Source: an uncultured Armatimonadetes bacterium (GTDB lineage Bacteria; Armatimonadota; Hebobacteria; Hebobacterales; Hebobacteraceae). From it: a stretch of 64,000 nucleotides of DNA. The stretch lies in contig OY970296.1 of NCBI GenBank assembly GCA_963716175.1, positions 2,976,001-3,040,000 on the forward strand, written 5' to 3'. The translations under genes were made by a program, and so were the position numbers. Below, one piece after another: positions 38,681 to 49,097 of this stretch. Below the pieces are notes generated by a model. That model made no database searches and was not told the origin of the DNA. It saw only the letters and a program-made list of their open reading frames with translations. Every line of letters starts with the position of its first letter. The first letter of the stretch is position 1.

Positions 38681-39953
38681 GGGGTGCTTCTGCCTCGCCG
38701 GATGGTGAGGGGGGCATTGCTTGGCCGACCTCAATGTATGCGCGGTGCTGCCACTCGACCCACCGCGTCGGTGCCACCGGATGGAACCCGCCAGGGCGCG
38801 ATTGGTCCGGCATCTCGATCTCCACACCAGGAAACCAGTTGAAGATGCTGAACTGAAAGGAATCGGCGAGCACTCTGTCCTTTAACCTCCTGGCGAATGC
38901 GATGGTCCGCGTCACGCTACCGTCAGTGTCAAACGGGAAGCCGACTATGAACCCGGCGGAGACGCTGATACCCGCATCCCGAAGCACCGCGAGGGCGTCC
39001 TCCGCCTGGCCCAAGTCAACGCGCTTATGTATGCGCTGGAGAATTTCGGGATCGCCCGACTCCAGCCCTACATAGACTCGGTGGCAGCCTGCCCGCGCCA
39101 TCTCGCGAGCAAGGTCGGCGTTGACTGCGTCAACTCGTGCGTTGCAGAACCACGTCACACTCCGCTGCAGCCCGCGGATGCCTTCACAAAGCCGAGCAGC
39201 ATATTCCCGGTCAGCCATGAAGTCGGGATCAACGAACGATAGTTCGCGGATTCCTCGGTCGCCCGTCAAGTACTCTACCTCAATCAGAACACTCTCGGCA
39301 GACCGCACGCGTCGGCGGCTACCGCTGATCGCCGGTACGCTGCAGAAGGCGCAGCGGTACGGACATCCCCGCTGGGCCTCGATGATAGTGACGGGCGTCT
39401 GGACGCAGTCTGGACTCCAGTAGTGTGAGAAGTCCGGAACCAAGTCCCATGCTGGCATCGGCACGCGCGAGAGTTCGGCCGCCTGTCTCCTCGGGTGCAC
39501 CTGATCCCCCCTGCAGAAGACGCCCGGGATACCCGACAGGCTGCCGCCCGATGACAGCCTCTTACACAGGTCTCGCATGATCGGCTCGCCGTCACCTACT
39601 GCCGCCATATCGAACTCTGCACTCTCGAGGGCGACATCCGGCGCCGCTGTTGGGAGCGGCCCTCCCACGATCACCGCCACGCTGTGTGCAGCCTTCGCAG
39701 CCGCGGCAAAGCGCCGGACCGGTGCGACGGTCAATGTTGACAGGGTCATTCCCACCAGGTCCGGCATCCAGCCGTCGAGACCGGCCAGAACTCCGTTGTC
39801 GTCAACTCCGCGCGCATCCGCATCAACAAGTCGCATGTCAGCGATATCTCTGATGCAGGCGGCAATGTAGAGCAGACCCAAAGGAGGCAGCCGGGTCTCA
39901 CACCTGGTGAAGCCGGCCTGCACGCCCTTCGGCTGGACCAACAGCACATTCAT
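38673..39953 (-). CDS. B12-binding radical SAM protein (class B methylase-like)
   Basis: PPLGLLYIAA, VIVGGPLPT, RGCPYRCAFC, VGLESG, FIVGFP. Confidence 0.9.
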   Translation of the reverse strand: MNVLLVQPKGVQAGFTRCETRLPPLGLLYIAACIRDIADMRLVDADARGVDDNGVLAGLDGWMPDLVGMTLSTLTVAPVRRFAAAAKAAHSVAVIVGGPLPTAAPDVALESAEFDMAAVGDGEPIMRDLCKRLSSGGSLSGIPGVFCRGDQVHPRRQAAELSRVPMPAWDLVPDFSHYWSPDCVQTPVTIIEAQRGCPYRCAFCSVPAISGSRRRVRSAESVLIEVEYLTGDRGIRELSFVDPDFMADREYAARLCEGIRGLQRSVTWFCNARVDAVNADLAREMARAGCHRVYVGLESGDPEILQRIHKRVDLGQAEDALAVLRDAGISVSAGFIVGFPFDTDGSVTRTIAFARRLKDRVLADSFQFSIFNWFPGVEIEMPDQSRPGGFHPVAPTRWVEWQHRAYIEVGQAMPPSPSGEAEAPHG

Positions 39954-40927
39954 GCCTTCCAGGTCCTCGCCATTATCGTGAACACAAGCGCCGCCGCGAA
40001 TATCGCACCGGGGATGTACAGCGTCTCAACGCCGCTCTTGCCTGAGAACACAGGAGTGACGTTGGAGAGGAGCCACACGGCCATGCCAATGAAAAGCCCT
40101 GACCCAAGCCACGATATCTGGAGCAAACGCCTGCGCGAAGAGCCGCGGCTCTCCTCGTACCTTTCCAGGACCCGCTTAATCTCGGCTGCGTCCGCCGGTG
40201 TGCGCGCGTTTGCGCGCAGAAAACTCATCATGTCCTCTGCCTGCCGATCGCGTTGACTCTGCACCTTCTCAGCCACTGCCTGTCGCACAGACGGGTCTTC
40301 GGCCTTCAGGCCGCTCTGACGCAGTATCCGCTGCACCTCTGAGTCGAGAGCGATCCGTGACGGCGTCATCTGTGACTCGAACAGATACCGAGAGTCATCT
40401 CGGTCCGGGTAGCCGACGGAGGCCGGTCTCGACAGCGCGACTATAATGAGCTGGCAGATGCTCATGTACGGCCGGATCGACACCGGGAAGCTGTTATGGT
40501 TCGCTAGCTGCAGCACCAGGTTACCGTCCTGTCCGGGGTTTATGAAGTCGTTAGCGAAATGCACCGACAGGCCGAGCCGGGCGAAGCTGCTACGAGCTAC
40601 GATCCGGCCTGCCACTGTCTTGGACAGTACGATACGCTCGAGGGTCGGCGCGAACAGCACCTCACCTGGCTCAAGGGTGACCTCTTCCCCGGAACTTGCT
40701 GGCGGCAGGGCTTCGAAGAGCGCTTGTGTCTGTGCCTCTGGTGCCGCCGCATCAGCCTTCCTGACGTCCTTCTTGTACCTGGTGAACCGGTTTCCGACGC
40801 GGATATCGACAGACGCGAAACGAATCTGCTTGTCCGGCTCGAATGGGTGATGCTGCGGGTCCGTGGAGATGATCTTCACATCGCCGGACGTGATGGCCGC
40901 CTTTATGTCTACGTCCGATAGGTACAT
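39950..40927 (-). CDS. dcd: dCTP deaminase-like protein with substituted catalytic residues and a C-terminal two-TM extension
   Basis: MYLSDVDI, ASVDIRVG, ARSSFARLGL, INPG..LVLQLAN, ICQL; two hydrophobic C-terminal helices; GGAGG RBS. Confidence 0.8.
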   Translation of the reverse strand: MYLSDVDIKAAITSGDVKIISTDPQHHPFEPDKQIRFASVDIRVGNRFTRYKKDVRKADAAAPEAQTQALFEALPPASSGEEVTLEPGEVLFAPTLERIVLSKTVAGRIVARSSFARLGLSVHFANDFINPGQDGNLVLQLANHNSFPVSIRPYMSICQLIIVALSRPASVGYPDRDDSRYLFESQMTPSRIALDSEVQRILRQSGLKAEDPSVRQAVAEKVQSQRDRQAEDMMSFLRANARTPADAAEIKRVLERYEESRGSSRRRLLQISWLGSGLFIGMAVWLLSNVTPVFSGKSGVETLYIPGAIFAAALVFTIMARTWKA

Positions 40928-41856
40928 GTCACCCCTCCATTACGCGGCATTGTTCTCTCATTCGGCTCATCGTGAAATGTTACCTGCGGCTACGCCCTTG
41001 TGCGGCTCGCGCACGGATGGCTGGGAGAGAACACATGTGCGCAGGGGGCCTCGGCCATAGCACGGTAGAGAAACCTATACCCGTGCTTTCTCGCGGGGAA
41101 CGCGGCTCAGAGAGGCTACAGCGGCGACGGCCAATGGCCGCCGCCGCTGTCTCTTGCATCGCTCGGGCCTAGCCACCAACGCAGGCGTACGCCCCTGTTA
41201 GCTCCTCCTTCGGCACTGGGATCGAAAAGGACAGGAGCATCGGTAGCCCGTCAGGAATGTAGTCCCGTTTTCCCCGGTGTTTCTGCACCGCATACCGCGA
41301 ACATGGTCCCCCCGATTACTATCGGCTTCACGATACCGGGTTTCGGCATGTTCGAGACGTGGCGGCGGCGGCGCATCCGGACATGACCCGCGGAAAGAAG
41401 CCATAGCTGCGTTTCGTGCCTGCTGTAGCGGTTAGTCCCCCGTGGAACCGCCATAGCCTTGCCTTGACCAGCTTTCCCGGTCTATCGTGGGCAACGCCAT
41501 CTTGCTGGGGGATGAACCCACGTGGAAGGCGCTGGGACCTCGATCTGCTTGGTAATGAAGGCGGTGCTGCTCAGTGTAGGTGTCGGGCGCTTGCAGGACC
41601 GCTAGCGTTAGATCTGTGACTCCCTGGGCTGCCTCCTCTGGCTGATCAGGCGACGAGTTTGCCTGTCAAGGCCCTGTAGGGCCGGCGCGAGAGAGCAGGA
41701 GACCTGTCTGTACACGTCGAGCGTGAACGGACTGCGCTCACGAGATGACGAACCTGGTGGCCGACACACAGTTTCTGGGGAAACGGCTGTTTGTCGCGTC
41801 ATAACATTGGGTATGGCGCCAGCCCAGGGCGGGGGGGAGCGCCGAGCGCGTCTACC

Positions 41857-44800
41857 CTAGCCGATCGGCAGTTCCTGGTCGCCCCGCCGACCCCTTCGCC
41901 GCCTGACCGGTTGCTTAGCAGCATGACCCAGGAGGTCCCATACAAGCTCGTCGATCCCGACACGCTCGGAGGTGAGGATGCGTCTGACCTCCGAACGCTG
42001 ACGTCCTATGTCGCCTTGCGTGATCTGCGGGGCCAGCGCGGCGACTGCTCGGTGGCATTCCTTGCTCAGCGTCGCGAGCCTTTCGTGGGTCGCGTTGGCC
42101 GCATCGTAGCGGGGAATAGGGAGCACCTCGAACGGGAGCCGTGTTATGTCACGTTCGCCCCATTGTCCACTTGTTTGGTACGGCTTTATCGCCTGGTTCA
42201 CAGCACTGGAGTTTAGCAGTGAGCAGAGGTAGTGCGCCTCATCTTCGTCCTTCGTCTCGTAGTAGTAGGTGACCATGTCCGCCGCAAATCCGTTCACGCG
42301 CAGTCCGCCAGCATCCAGCGCCCTGTTGGCGTTCACGACGCATGCCGTGAGGTGGGTGCCGGACTTGTTGTACAGAAGCTTATAGCGCCCCTTGAGAACC
42401 TGGCAGGTGAGGGTATGCTGGTAGTCGAGGCGATTGTAGATCGTCCTCTCCGTAGTCGTTTTCTTGTTGTCAGCCCAAGCGGCTTCTGTCTTCGCTAGCC
42501 ACTCGGCCAGGGCCGGGTACCCCGCGGAAAGGGCGGCCTCTCGAGTAAGGAGGCCCATGTTCGTGCCTCTCCTTATGGGCTGCAGCGGGAGGACGACCAG
42601 GTCCAAGGTGAGGTGACCGAACGGCAGCAGATGCTTCCCGAGGAGAGTCGCGTAGAGGAAATCCGCCTCCACCGGGCCCTCGAAGCGCATGTCCCTCCAG
42701 GGCGTCTTGGCGTCCTTCTGAATGTCTGGGGTGGTCTCCACGTATGGTCGTTCCGGGCTAACTGTTCCCCACTCGTCTCTAGCGGCCGGCCGAACAAACC
42801 AGAAGCAACGCGGGAATATCGAGGCGCCTGCCCTGAGCGAACTCCAGTAATGGCTTGCTGCCGTCTGTGGGAGGGGCGAGTAGCTCTCCTGATCCATTCG
42901 AAGGATCGGTCTAGCGAGATCCCATACCAGGTTCCTTGCTGGCAGGCTGCCGGTGGCCCTGAGCATCGGGATGTTGGCGGCAAGCGTCTTGCCTTTCGTC
43001 CGCACAAGCAGGCACGCGGGGACGTTGAACAGAGGGGCGATGCCCTCGAGGTCCACCCCGCGTGTGAAGCCGAGGCGCTGGAAGGTGAGGTGTTGTTTGG
43101 CGCCGGTCAGCGTGCTCTTGGGCATGACGAACGCGAGGGTACCTTTCGGGCCCACGTATCTTCCGAAGGAGAACTCGTAGAAAAGCGTAGAGGTGTCCAT
43201 CACCGTGAACAGCTTCACATCTGACTTATCGAGCAAGCCATGCCGGAAGACAAGCTTCTTGACCTGCGCCTGGTACCGGGCGTCCTGGATGTAACGGTAG
43301 GCCAGCCATGGTGGGTTTCCGACGACGAAGTTGAACCGCCTGTTGGAGAGGTAGATGGGGCGGTAGGCGTTGCGGAGGATGAAACCCCAGACAGTGTCCC
43401 GGTTCTGCCGAACAAGCCGGATCATCAGCTTGAGGTTATCCTGCCAGAGGGCAAGCCCCATGGAATCGCCATGGCGCCACTTCCTCGCCACGTACTCGCG
43501 GAATCCGGGTGTCAAGACTCGTTCGCCCTCGGGCCTGCGTGCGTAATCGCACATCGTGTCAATGACGTCGTCAAGAAGGATGGGCGACTTGGCCATGCTG
43601 GCTGGTATATGAAAGTACTGCTCGACTTCTTCTCTGCGGCGCCCAGTGAAGCGCTCCTCGGTACCGACAAGGATCCTGATGGGCGCGCTACCTTGGCGGC
43701 TCTCCTCCTGCAACAAAGCGTCCGCCATGTAGACGGGGATGGTGATGTTCCCCTTGTGCTGCTTCAGGTCGGGAGCAAGCGCGAGGGCGTAGTTGACCCG
43801 GGAAATCGTGACAGCGAGGGGATGGACGTCCACCCCCATGATGTTCCTCTGGGCGTAGGTCGCAAGAAGCGTGCCGCGCCTGCGAGCCCGCCGCGCTTGT
43901 CGAATAGCCACGAAGAGGAAAGTGCCCGATCCACAGGCGGGGTCCAAGACACTGCCCTTGCCTTTGTAGCCCGCCTCGGTTAAGGTCAGTTCGGCCAGCC
44001 AGTCAGGGGTGTAGAACTCGCCAAGGTCGTGTCGAGTCTCGGGGTCCACTAGACCCTGGTATAGCTCCTTGAGGAGGTCCTCGTTGATCTTGGCCGGGCT
44101 GTAGATGTACAGGTGTTGGAGCATGCCGTTGAGCAACTGGACGGCGTCGTTTCTCACGGCATCGCTCAGCACCCACGCGAAGAAGTCTTCTTCGGCAAGG
44201 TTGAGCAACCCGTTGCGCCGGAACACCTCGCCGTCAACGATCTCCGTGAGGGACCGAGCGCCTCGCGGATGGCGTTTGAACAGGGCCAGGTAGGCCAGCA
44301 CCTTGGCGAGGAGGGAGAGGTAGGTGTGCCGGATGAACAAGTCCTGAGTCCCAACCTCACGGCTGCCGTAGACCTTAGCCAAGAGGCTGTTCCATTCGGC
44401 GAACTTTACCTGGGTAGTCCCATCCTCCTTGAGGTGCTCCAACATGCCAAGCAGGCTGGCGGAGGCGGCTGAGAAGACGGCGCTGTCCGCGCCGAACCTC
44501 CTTAGAACATCGGCGGAGGTGGGCGCGAGGTTCTTTTGCGAGAATAGGAAACTGTCAAACCAGAGGAGAGCTGCGTCCGGAGCGTCAGCTTCGAGGCGCT
44601 GCAGATCAACAGGCTGCCCGACCGGCCGCAGGGTGTCTTCGTGCAGCGCGTATACCTCGAACGTGATTCCATCGGTGATGATGCCGAAGCCGTGTTTCGG
44701 CACCTGAGGTGATCTCAGGTACTTGCTGAGTTCACGCTTGCCTGTATCCCTCTCGGCCTCGAGATCACGCTTGAACTCGAAGACAAGATCGCGATAGAGC

Positions 44801-45000
44801 GCGTCGATCCTGCCACGCAGCTTAAGGGCCTCGACGCCCCTCTCGATGCTGATTTCTTCTGGCTCTATACCAAAGGCACGTTCGATGAACCCAAGGAACA
44901 GATGCCGACGGTAGTCGTGAGCCTGTCTATCCTTCCGCGCTCTTTCGGCGACTCGGACGTACTTCCCCAGTTCCTCAAAGAAGCGGTCGCGTCTCGCCAC
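41857..45000 (-). CDS. type IIG restriction-modification enzyme (fused endonuclease, N6-adenine methyltransferase and TRD)
   Basis: GRIDAL..VFEFKR (PD-(D/E)xK), LGEFYTP, LDPACGSGTF, VVGNPPW. Confidence 0.88.
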   Translation of the reverse strand: MARRDRFFEELGKYVRVAERARKDRQAHDYRRHLFLGFIERAFGIEPEEISIERGVEALKLRGRIDALYRDLVFEFKRDLEAERDTGKRELSKYLRSPQVPKHGFGIITDGITFEVYALHEDTLRPVGQPVDLQRLEADAPDAALLWFDSFLFSQKNLAPTSADVLRRFGADSAVFSAASASLLGMLEHLKEDGTTQVKFAEWNSLLAKVYGSREVGTQDLFIRHTYLSLLAKVLAYLALFKRHPRGARSLTEIVDGEVFRRNGLLNLAEEDFFAWVLSDAVRNDAVQLLNGMLQHLYIYSPAKINEDLLKELYQGLVDPETRHDLGEFYTPDWLAELTLTEAGYKGKGSVLDPACGSGTFLFVAIRQARRARRRGTLLATYAQRNIMGVDVHPLAVTISRVNYALALAPDLKQHKGNITIPVYMADALLQEESRQGSAPIRILVGTEERFTGRRREEVEQYFHIPASMAKSPILLDDVIDTMCDYARRPEGERVLTPGFREYVARKWRHGDSMGLALWQDNLKLMIRLVRQNRDTVWGFILRNAYRPIYLSNRRFNFVVGNPPWLAYRYIQDARYQAQVKKLVFRHGLLDKSDVKLFTVMDTSTLFYEFSFGRYVGPKGTLAFVMPKSTLTGAKQHLTFQRLGFTRGVDLEGIAPLFNVPACLLVRTKGKTLAANIPMLRATGSLPARNLVWDLARPILRMDQESYSPLPQTAASHYWSSLRAGASIFPRCFWFVRPAARDEWGTVSPERPYVETTPDIQKDAKTPWRDMRFEGPVEADFLYATLLGKHLLPFGHLTLDLVVLPLQPIRRGTNMGLLTREAALSAGYPALAEWLAKTEAAWADNKKTTTERTIYNRLDYQHTLTCQVLKGRYKLLYNKSGTHLTACVVNANRALDAGGLRVNGFAADMVTYYYETKDEDEAHYLCSLLNSSAVNQAIKPYQTSGQWGERDITRLPFEVLPIPRYDAANATHERLATLSKECHRAVAALAPQITQGDIGRQRSEVRRILTSERVGIDELVWDLLGHAAKQPVRRRRGRRGDQELPIG

Positions 45001-45702
45001 TGCGCTCCCCTCGTATGCGGAGGATACGTTGCGGTATTCACCATGGAAGGCGGTTTCGCCTGCCGCCCGTCCAGGGAATCGCCCCCTGTGCCCGGCCCAA
45101 TCCGTGGTTCGTTTGCGGAGTGAGGCGCATTAGTGGCCCCACCCCTGGCGGGCGTAGGGAGGATGGTAGGCCCGGGGTACGGTCGGGCCCAGTAACGCGC
45201 TCCGTGCGCCTGGGAACGGGTCTCGCCCCTTACGCGGGTTGCGGTTCTTACAGAAGCATCCACTTCCCCACTGACGAGCTACTTATCGAGATCGCTATCG
45301 GCATGGGCCACCAGCTGTTGGAGATCAGGTTCGTCCGATGCCGCGGCCGCAGCGCTCAGCAAATGGGCGACTATGGGCGGCAGCCATCGGGTGAGGCGTG
45401 TCTGCCCATCAGTCGCCGCCGGATCTTCATTGGGCTTGGGTTAGGTGGCGAGGTGGGCATGAGACTGGGGGAGGGAAGGCTCTTGCCCCTGATGCTGGCT
45501 GCCCGGGTTCCTTGGGCGCCAGAGTGGCACTGTGGGTCGCGATCACTCCTTCTGGGCCAACAAAGTCGCGGGCCGGGCGAAGGCATACCACATCACTCCG
45601 CCGACCGCTCTGGGCATTCGAGCGCTGCTGACTAGGGCATGGCGCGGGGCATTCCAGTCTGATGGCGGGGCTGTTCGTGAGGGCTAGGCCTCCGGGTACG
45701 CG

Positions 45703-47895
45703 TCAAGAGCGCCACTGGAGGTACGAGATGATGCCGGCGGCTACTGTGGCGATGCCCATGATCCAGAACCAGATTCGGACGAATCCCAACGGGAGGGCGA
45801 GCGCTAGCCCGCATGCAAGGGCTCCGCCCACCTCATAGAGGCTCTTCGCCCATCGTGGCCAGTGAACCCACGGAAGCAGCAGGTAGCCAATGAGAATACC
45901 ACACGATATGGCTAACCATCCTGCCCATTTGGCAACGCCGAGTGTCCTGGCCAGCCTAAGCTCCGCACTCCTGGCGCGGTCCGCCTCTTTCGTTTCGCCA
46001 CTCTGCGCTTCGGTGAGCATCGTCTCTAGACTCACCTTCTCCGTTGCCAGATCTTCCTGCATTGCCTCCGCTGCCTGCCTTCGCTGGCGCTCATGGGCCA
46101 ACTCGCCTTCGAGTTCCTGTAAGTGCAGATCTCTGACTCTCGTCTGCCCCTTGAGCCGGAGGTACTCCTGCTCCGCCAGTTCCTGGGCCCGTTTCGCGGC
46201 CCATGTCTGCTGCTGCAGTAGACTCAGAGAGCGCGCAATTGCTGCGTCTACCTGGTGATCACGCGCATCTTCAGACGCAGGCGCCCGAAGGCTAGCTGCG
46301 AGGCGCTCATCAACCATCGTGAGAACGGCGGCCTGTGCGGCGACCGCCTCATCTATTCCTGCTTCGATCGCATAGCGGTCGATGCGAGCACAGACGCGTT
46401 GCGCAGCCTCCGACGGAAGGCGAGCGATCGTCCCGATGAAGGGGCAAGCAACCAACTGGGCGAAAGCCCTATCGTAGTCGGCGGTCCTGGGGAGCGCCCA
46501 TCGCGTCATCTGCATGCAGTGGTCCGGATGGATACAGAATGGGATCTCGTTGCCGTCTTCTCGCCGTCGAATCCAATCATACCGTCTGAGTTTCCCGTCA
46601 CATGTTACGAACCATGCGCGAGCTCGCGCAAAGGATGTGGTGTCCCCGCGGAGTCTGAGGATGAGCAGTCGGTGGAATGCATCGTGGGTGATGATCTCGC
46701 CGTGCACGCCCGGGTCGCGTGCCGCCAGGAGCACAGCGCCTTCCTCCTGGGGAAGCGAAGGTGTGGCCATCGCGTCATCGTGCGGGTTATCGTCGACCAT
46801 TACGCCGAGTTGAGGAAGCAGCGCGTCGACGTTCCGAGCTCTGGCTGCAAACTCATCGACGCTGACCCCCGTACGCGCGTACTCGTCATAGTAGAGGCTG
46901 ACGAAGTCTTGCTCCGATGAGGCCCTGGCGGCAAGAGCGGCGAGTGTGCGTGACGCAATAGGATGCGCCCTGATCCGCTCAATGTTCGCCCGCAGCGATG
47001 TCCGCAACTCCTTGAGCGTTCTCTGCGAGACAAGGAGCTTGCCCCCAATCTGTCTGATAACATCTGCGAGCGTCCGGATCTGGAAGAAGTGCTGGGGGCC
47101 CTGCAGGTTGAGCAGACGGTACAGGACGTTCGTGTCAAGGTAGAAGAGGGTGCCCTGGAAAACGCCCCTGACGAGAGATGAGCACTTCGGATCAATGTGA
47201 GCAGTATGTACGATGCAGGCGTTGTCGAGTAAGCGGGTCAAGTAAAGGGCACGGTCACCTTCGGCGTCCAGCCAGAATGCCGTGAGTGTCTCGCGCCGCA
47301 TGCCCATCAGGTGCTGATCCACCGGCGGCAGGGAAGAGAAGATGCCTTCGATCGTTGGTGCCAGCTTCCCTTCGCTCGGCGGCGGCCCCGCGCCTAGCAG
47401 CGCCTGGGTCTGGGCACCGTAGCGGAGTAGCACTTGCCGGTTGAACGCCTGCTGGTCAGTGAGGAGTCGAGACAGTTCCTGGTCAGTGAGCGACGGGTAC
47501 TGCTCCTGCAGGTGGATGTGCCAGGCATCCATGACACGTCCCTCGAGTCGGTCCGCTTCTTCGATTGCCTGCTCGAGAGCACGTCGGTGCTCGGGGGTCA
47601 GGTTGTACTTCGGATCTCGGCGCCCTGAGTGGCTAATGCGCCGTCCTCGCCGCTTGCTGACTGACCTCAGAACGTGGCGGATCTCTGCAGGCTCAAATCG
47701 CAGTCCGAAGTCCGCCTCGATCGCCGAAGAGATCTCGCTTGGGCTGTAGGACTCATCGCTAGGGAGGCTCCAGAGAGCCCTCTCCACGAACCCCATTGTG
47801 ATCTGGTCAGCAAGTGGTGTTCCGGGCTCGAACGCCCCGATGTGGAGAAGCCTGCGAATAGCTTCATAGCGAGCAGGTCCGCCTAAGGCTGTCAT
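45703..47895 (-). CDS. PIN-domain protein with C-terminal coiled coil and TM helices (defence-island-like)
   Basis: FYLDTNVLY, HDAFH, FVTCD; coiled-coil stretch then hydrophobic helices at the C-terminus. Confidence 0.7.
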   Translation of the reverse strand: MTALGGPARYEAIRRLLHIGAFEPGTPLADQITMGFVERALWSLPSDESYSPSEISSAIEADFGLRFEPAEIRHVLRSVSKRRGRRISHSGRRDPKYNLTPEHRRALEQAIEEADRLEGRVMDAWHIHLQEQYPSLTDQELSRLLTDQQAFNRQVLLRYGAQTQALLGAGPPPSEGKLAPTIEGIFSSLPPVDQHLMGMRRETLTAFWLDAEGDRALYLTRLLDNACIVHTAHIDPKCSSLVRGVFQGTLFYLDTNVLYRLLNLQGPQHFFQIRTLADVIRQIGGKLLVSQRTLKELRTSLRANIERIRAHPIASRTLAALAARASSEQDFVSLYYDEYARTGVSVDEFAARARNVDALLPQLGVMVDDNPHDDAMATPSLPQEEGAVLLAARDPGVHGEIITHDAFHRLLILRLRGDTTSFARARAWFVTCDGKLRRYDWIRRREDGNEIPFCIHPDHCMQMTRWALPRTADYDRAFAQLVACPFIGTIARLPSEAAQRVCARIDRYAIEAGIDEAVAAQAAVLTMVDERLAASLRAPASEDARDHQVDAAIARSLSLLQQQTWAAKRAQELAEQEYLRLKGQTRVRDLHLQELEGELAHERQRRQAAEAMQEDLATEKVSLETMLTEAQSGETKEADRARSAELRLARTLGVAKWAGWLAISCGILIGYLLLPWVHWPRWAKSLYEVGGALACGLALALPLGFVRIWFWIMGIATVAAGIISYLQWRS

Positions 47896-48228
47896 CCAGG
47901 ATCCCTCTTCCCGGGCTGAGTCTGTTGTGCAGTGACAGCTTCGGCATCGCGCTGGACGGAACCGCGCTATACCGTGCGGTGCCTGAATAGGGCCATCTAC
48001 CTTAATACGCTATTCGACGGCAGCACCGGTCCTTCCTTCACTCCTGGCCTTGTTGACCAGAGGTCCGGGAGGACATCTGCTCATCCCTGCACGGCGAGGT
48101 GCAATACCCGCCCGGCATTGCGTGGAGCGTCGCGGGCCCAGGCGGCACATAAGCGCCGTTCTGTCCCAAGCGCTGCCGCAGTACGTTCGTGTATCGACGC
48201 CGGGCCAGTTCTCGCTACCGGCTGCCAC

Positions 48229-48690
48229 TTAGGATGCCGGTTCCCCGCCGCCCGTGCGGATGTAGGTGCGCATTGCCTCTATCTCCGCGCTGAAGCCCCA
48301 TTCTGCCGCCATACGATCCGCCTCCTGCTCGCACGACTCATCGTCGATCCTGTGGTTGCACACGACGTGGGCGAACTCGTGGGCCACGATCCCCACTCTC
48401 ATCTCCTCCGAATAGCAGGGGAGGCGCGGGTCAAGCCAGATCGCGCGGCTCAGCGCGGCCGGACGTTCCAGTACCTTCGTGCAACTCCGGCCGGGGCAGG
48501 AGACCCATGATACGAGGCAGGTGTCGATCAGCTTATGCGCCTCATCCCTTGGCATCTTGCTGAGGACCTTCACGCACGCTCTGCACACCGACTCGTATTC
48601 CTGTGTGTACTGCGCCGACTGGGTCACGGGGCTGGTGCCGTCCGAGACATACACCCGCGGCGGGTACAGCGTGAACATGGAGAACTGCAT
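48229..48690 (-). CDS. small HExxH zincin-like protein (ImmA/IrrE-like)
   Basis: AGGAG RBS; GIVAHEFAHV..CEQEADRMAAEWGF. Confidence 0.65.
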   Translation of the reverse strand: MQFSMFTLYPPRVYVSDGTSPVTQSAQYTQEYESVCRACVKVLSKMPRDEAHKLIDTCLVSWVSCPGRSCTKVLERPAALSRAIWLDPRLPCYSEEMRVGIVAHEFAHVVCNHRIDDESCEQEADRMAAEWGFSAEIEAMRTYIRTGGGEPAS

Positions 48691-49097
48691 TACCACTCCT
48701 ATTGGCCGTGAAGCAGCGGGGCCACCCGGAGGTCCCCCCTCATGTGCGGTTCCTTCGCATGCCCGACGCCCCTGAGCCTGAGACCCCAGGGCGAGAAGTC
48801 GCGATCTGGCCTCCGGGCATCCCACTCACACGCCGGTGGTGAAGACCCTCTCGAAGTTCCCTGCAAGAGTCATCCGAACCTCCCCCGGCGCTATCTGCTA
48901 CCCGACGATTTGAGTATCTGGGAAGACGCGACGGTTGATGCTCGGCCATCTTCAGTGACGCCGCTCGCCATCTCGGCCTTGGGTGGGCCGCTTTGTGGGT
49001 GGTGACCGGCGGTACAATCGGCTTCGGGCGGCTCAGGAGTGCCGCTATGGGCCTAGCGCTGTCGGTCTTGCGCTCAGGTTGCCGGTAGTCGTATCAG

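Noticed and set aside
38681-38827. N-terminal extension of the HD-MTase ORF
   Set aside because: Overlaps the radical SAM gene. ATG 38680 gives a coupled start.
40930-41850. short ORFs upstream of dcd as a possible rSAM precursor peptide
   Set aside because: No convincing RBS or family motif; cannot be supported from sequence alone.
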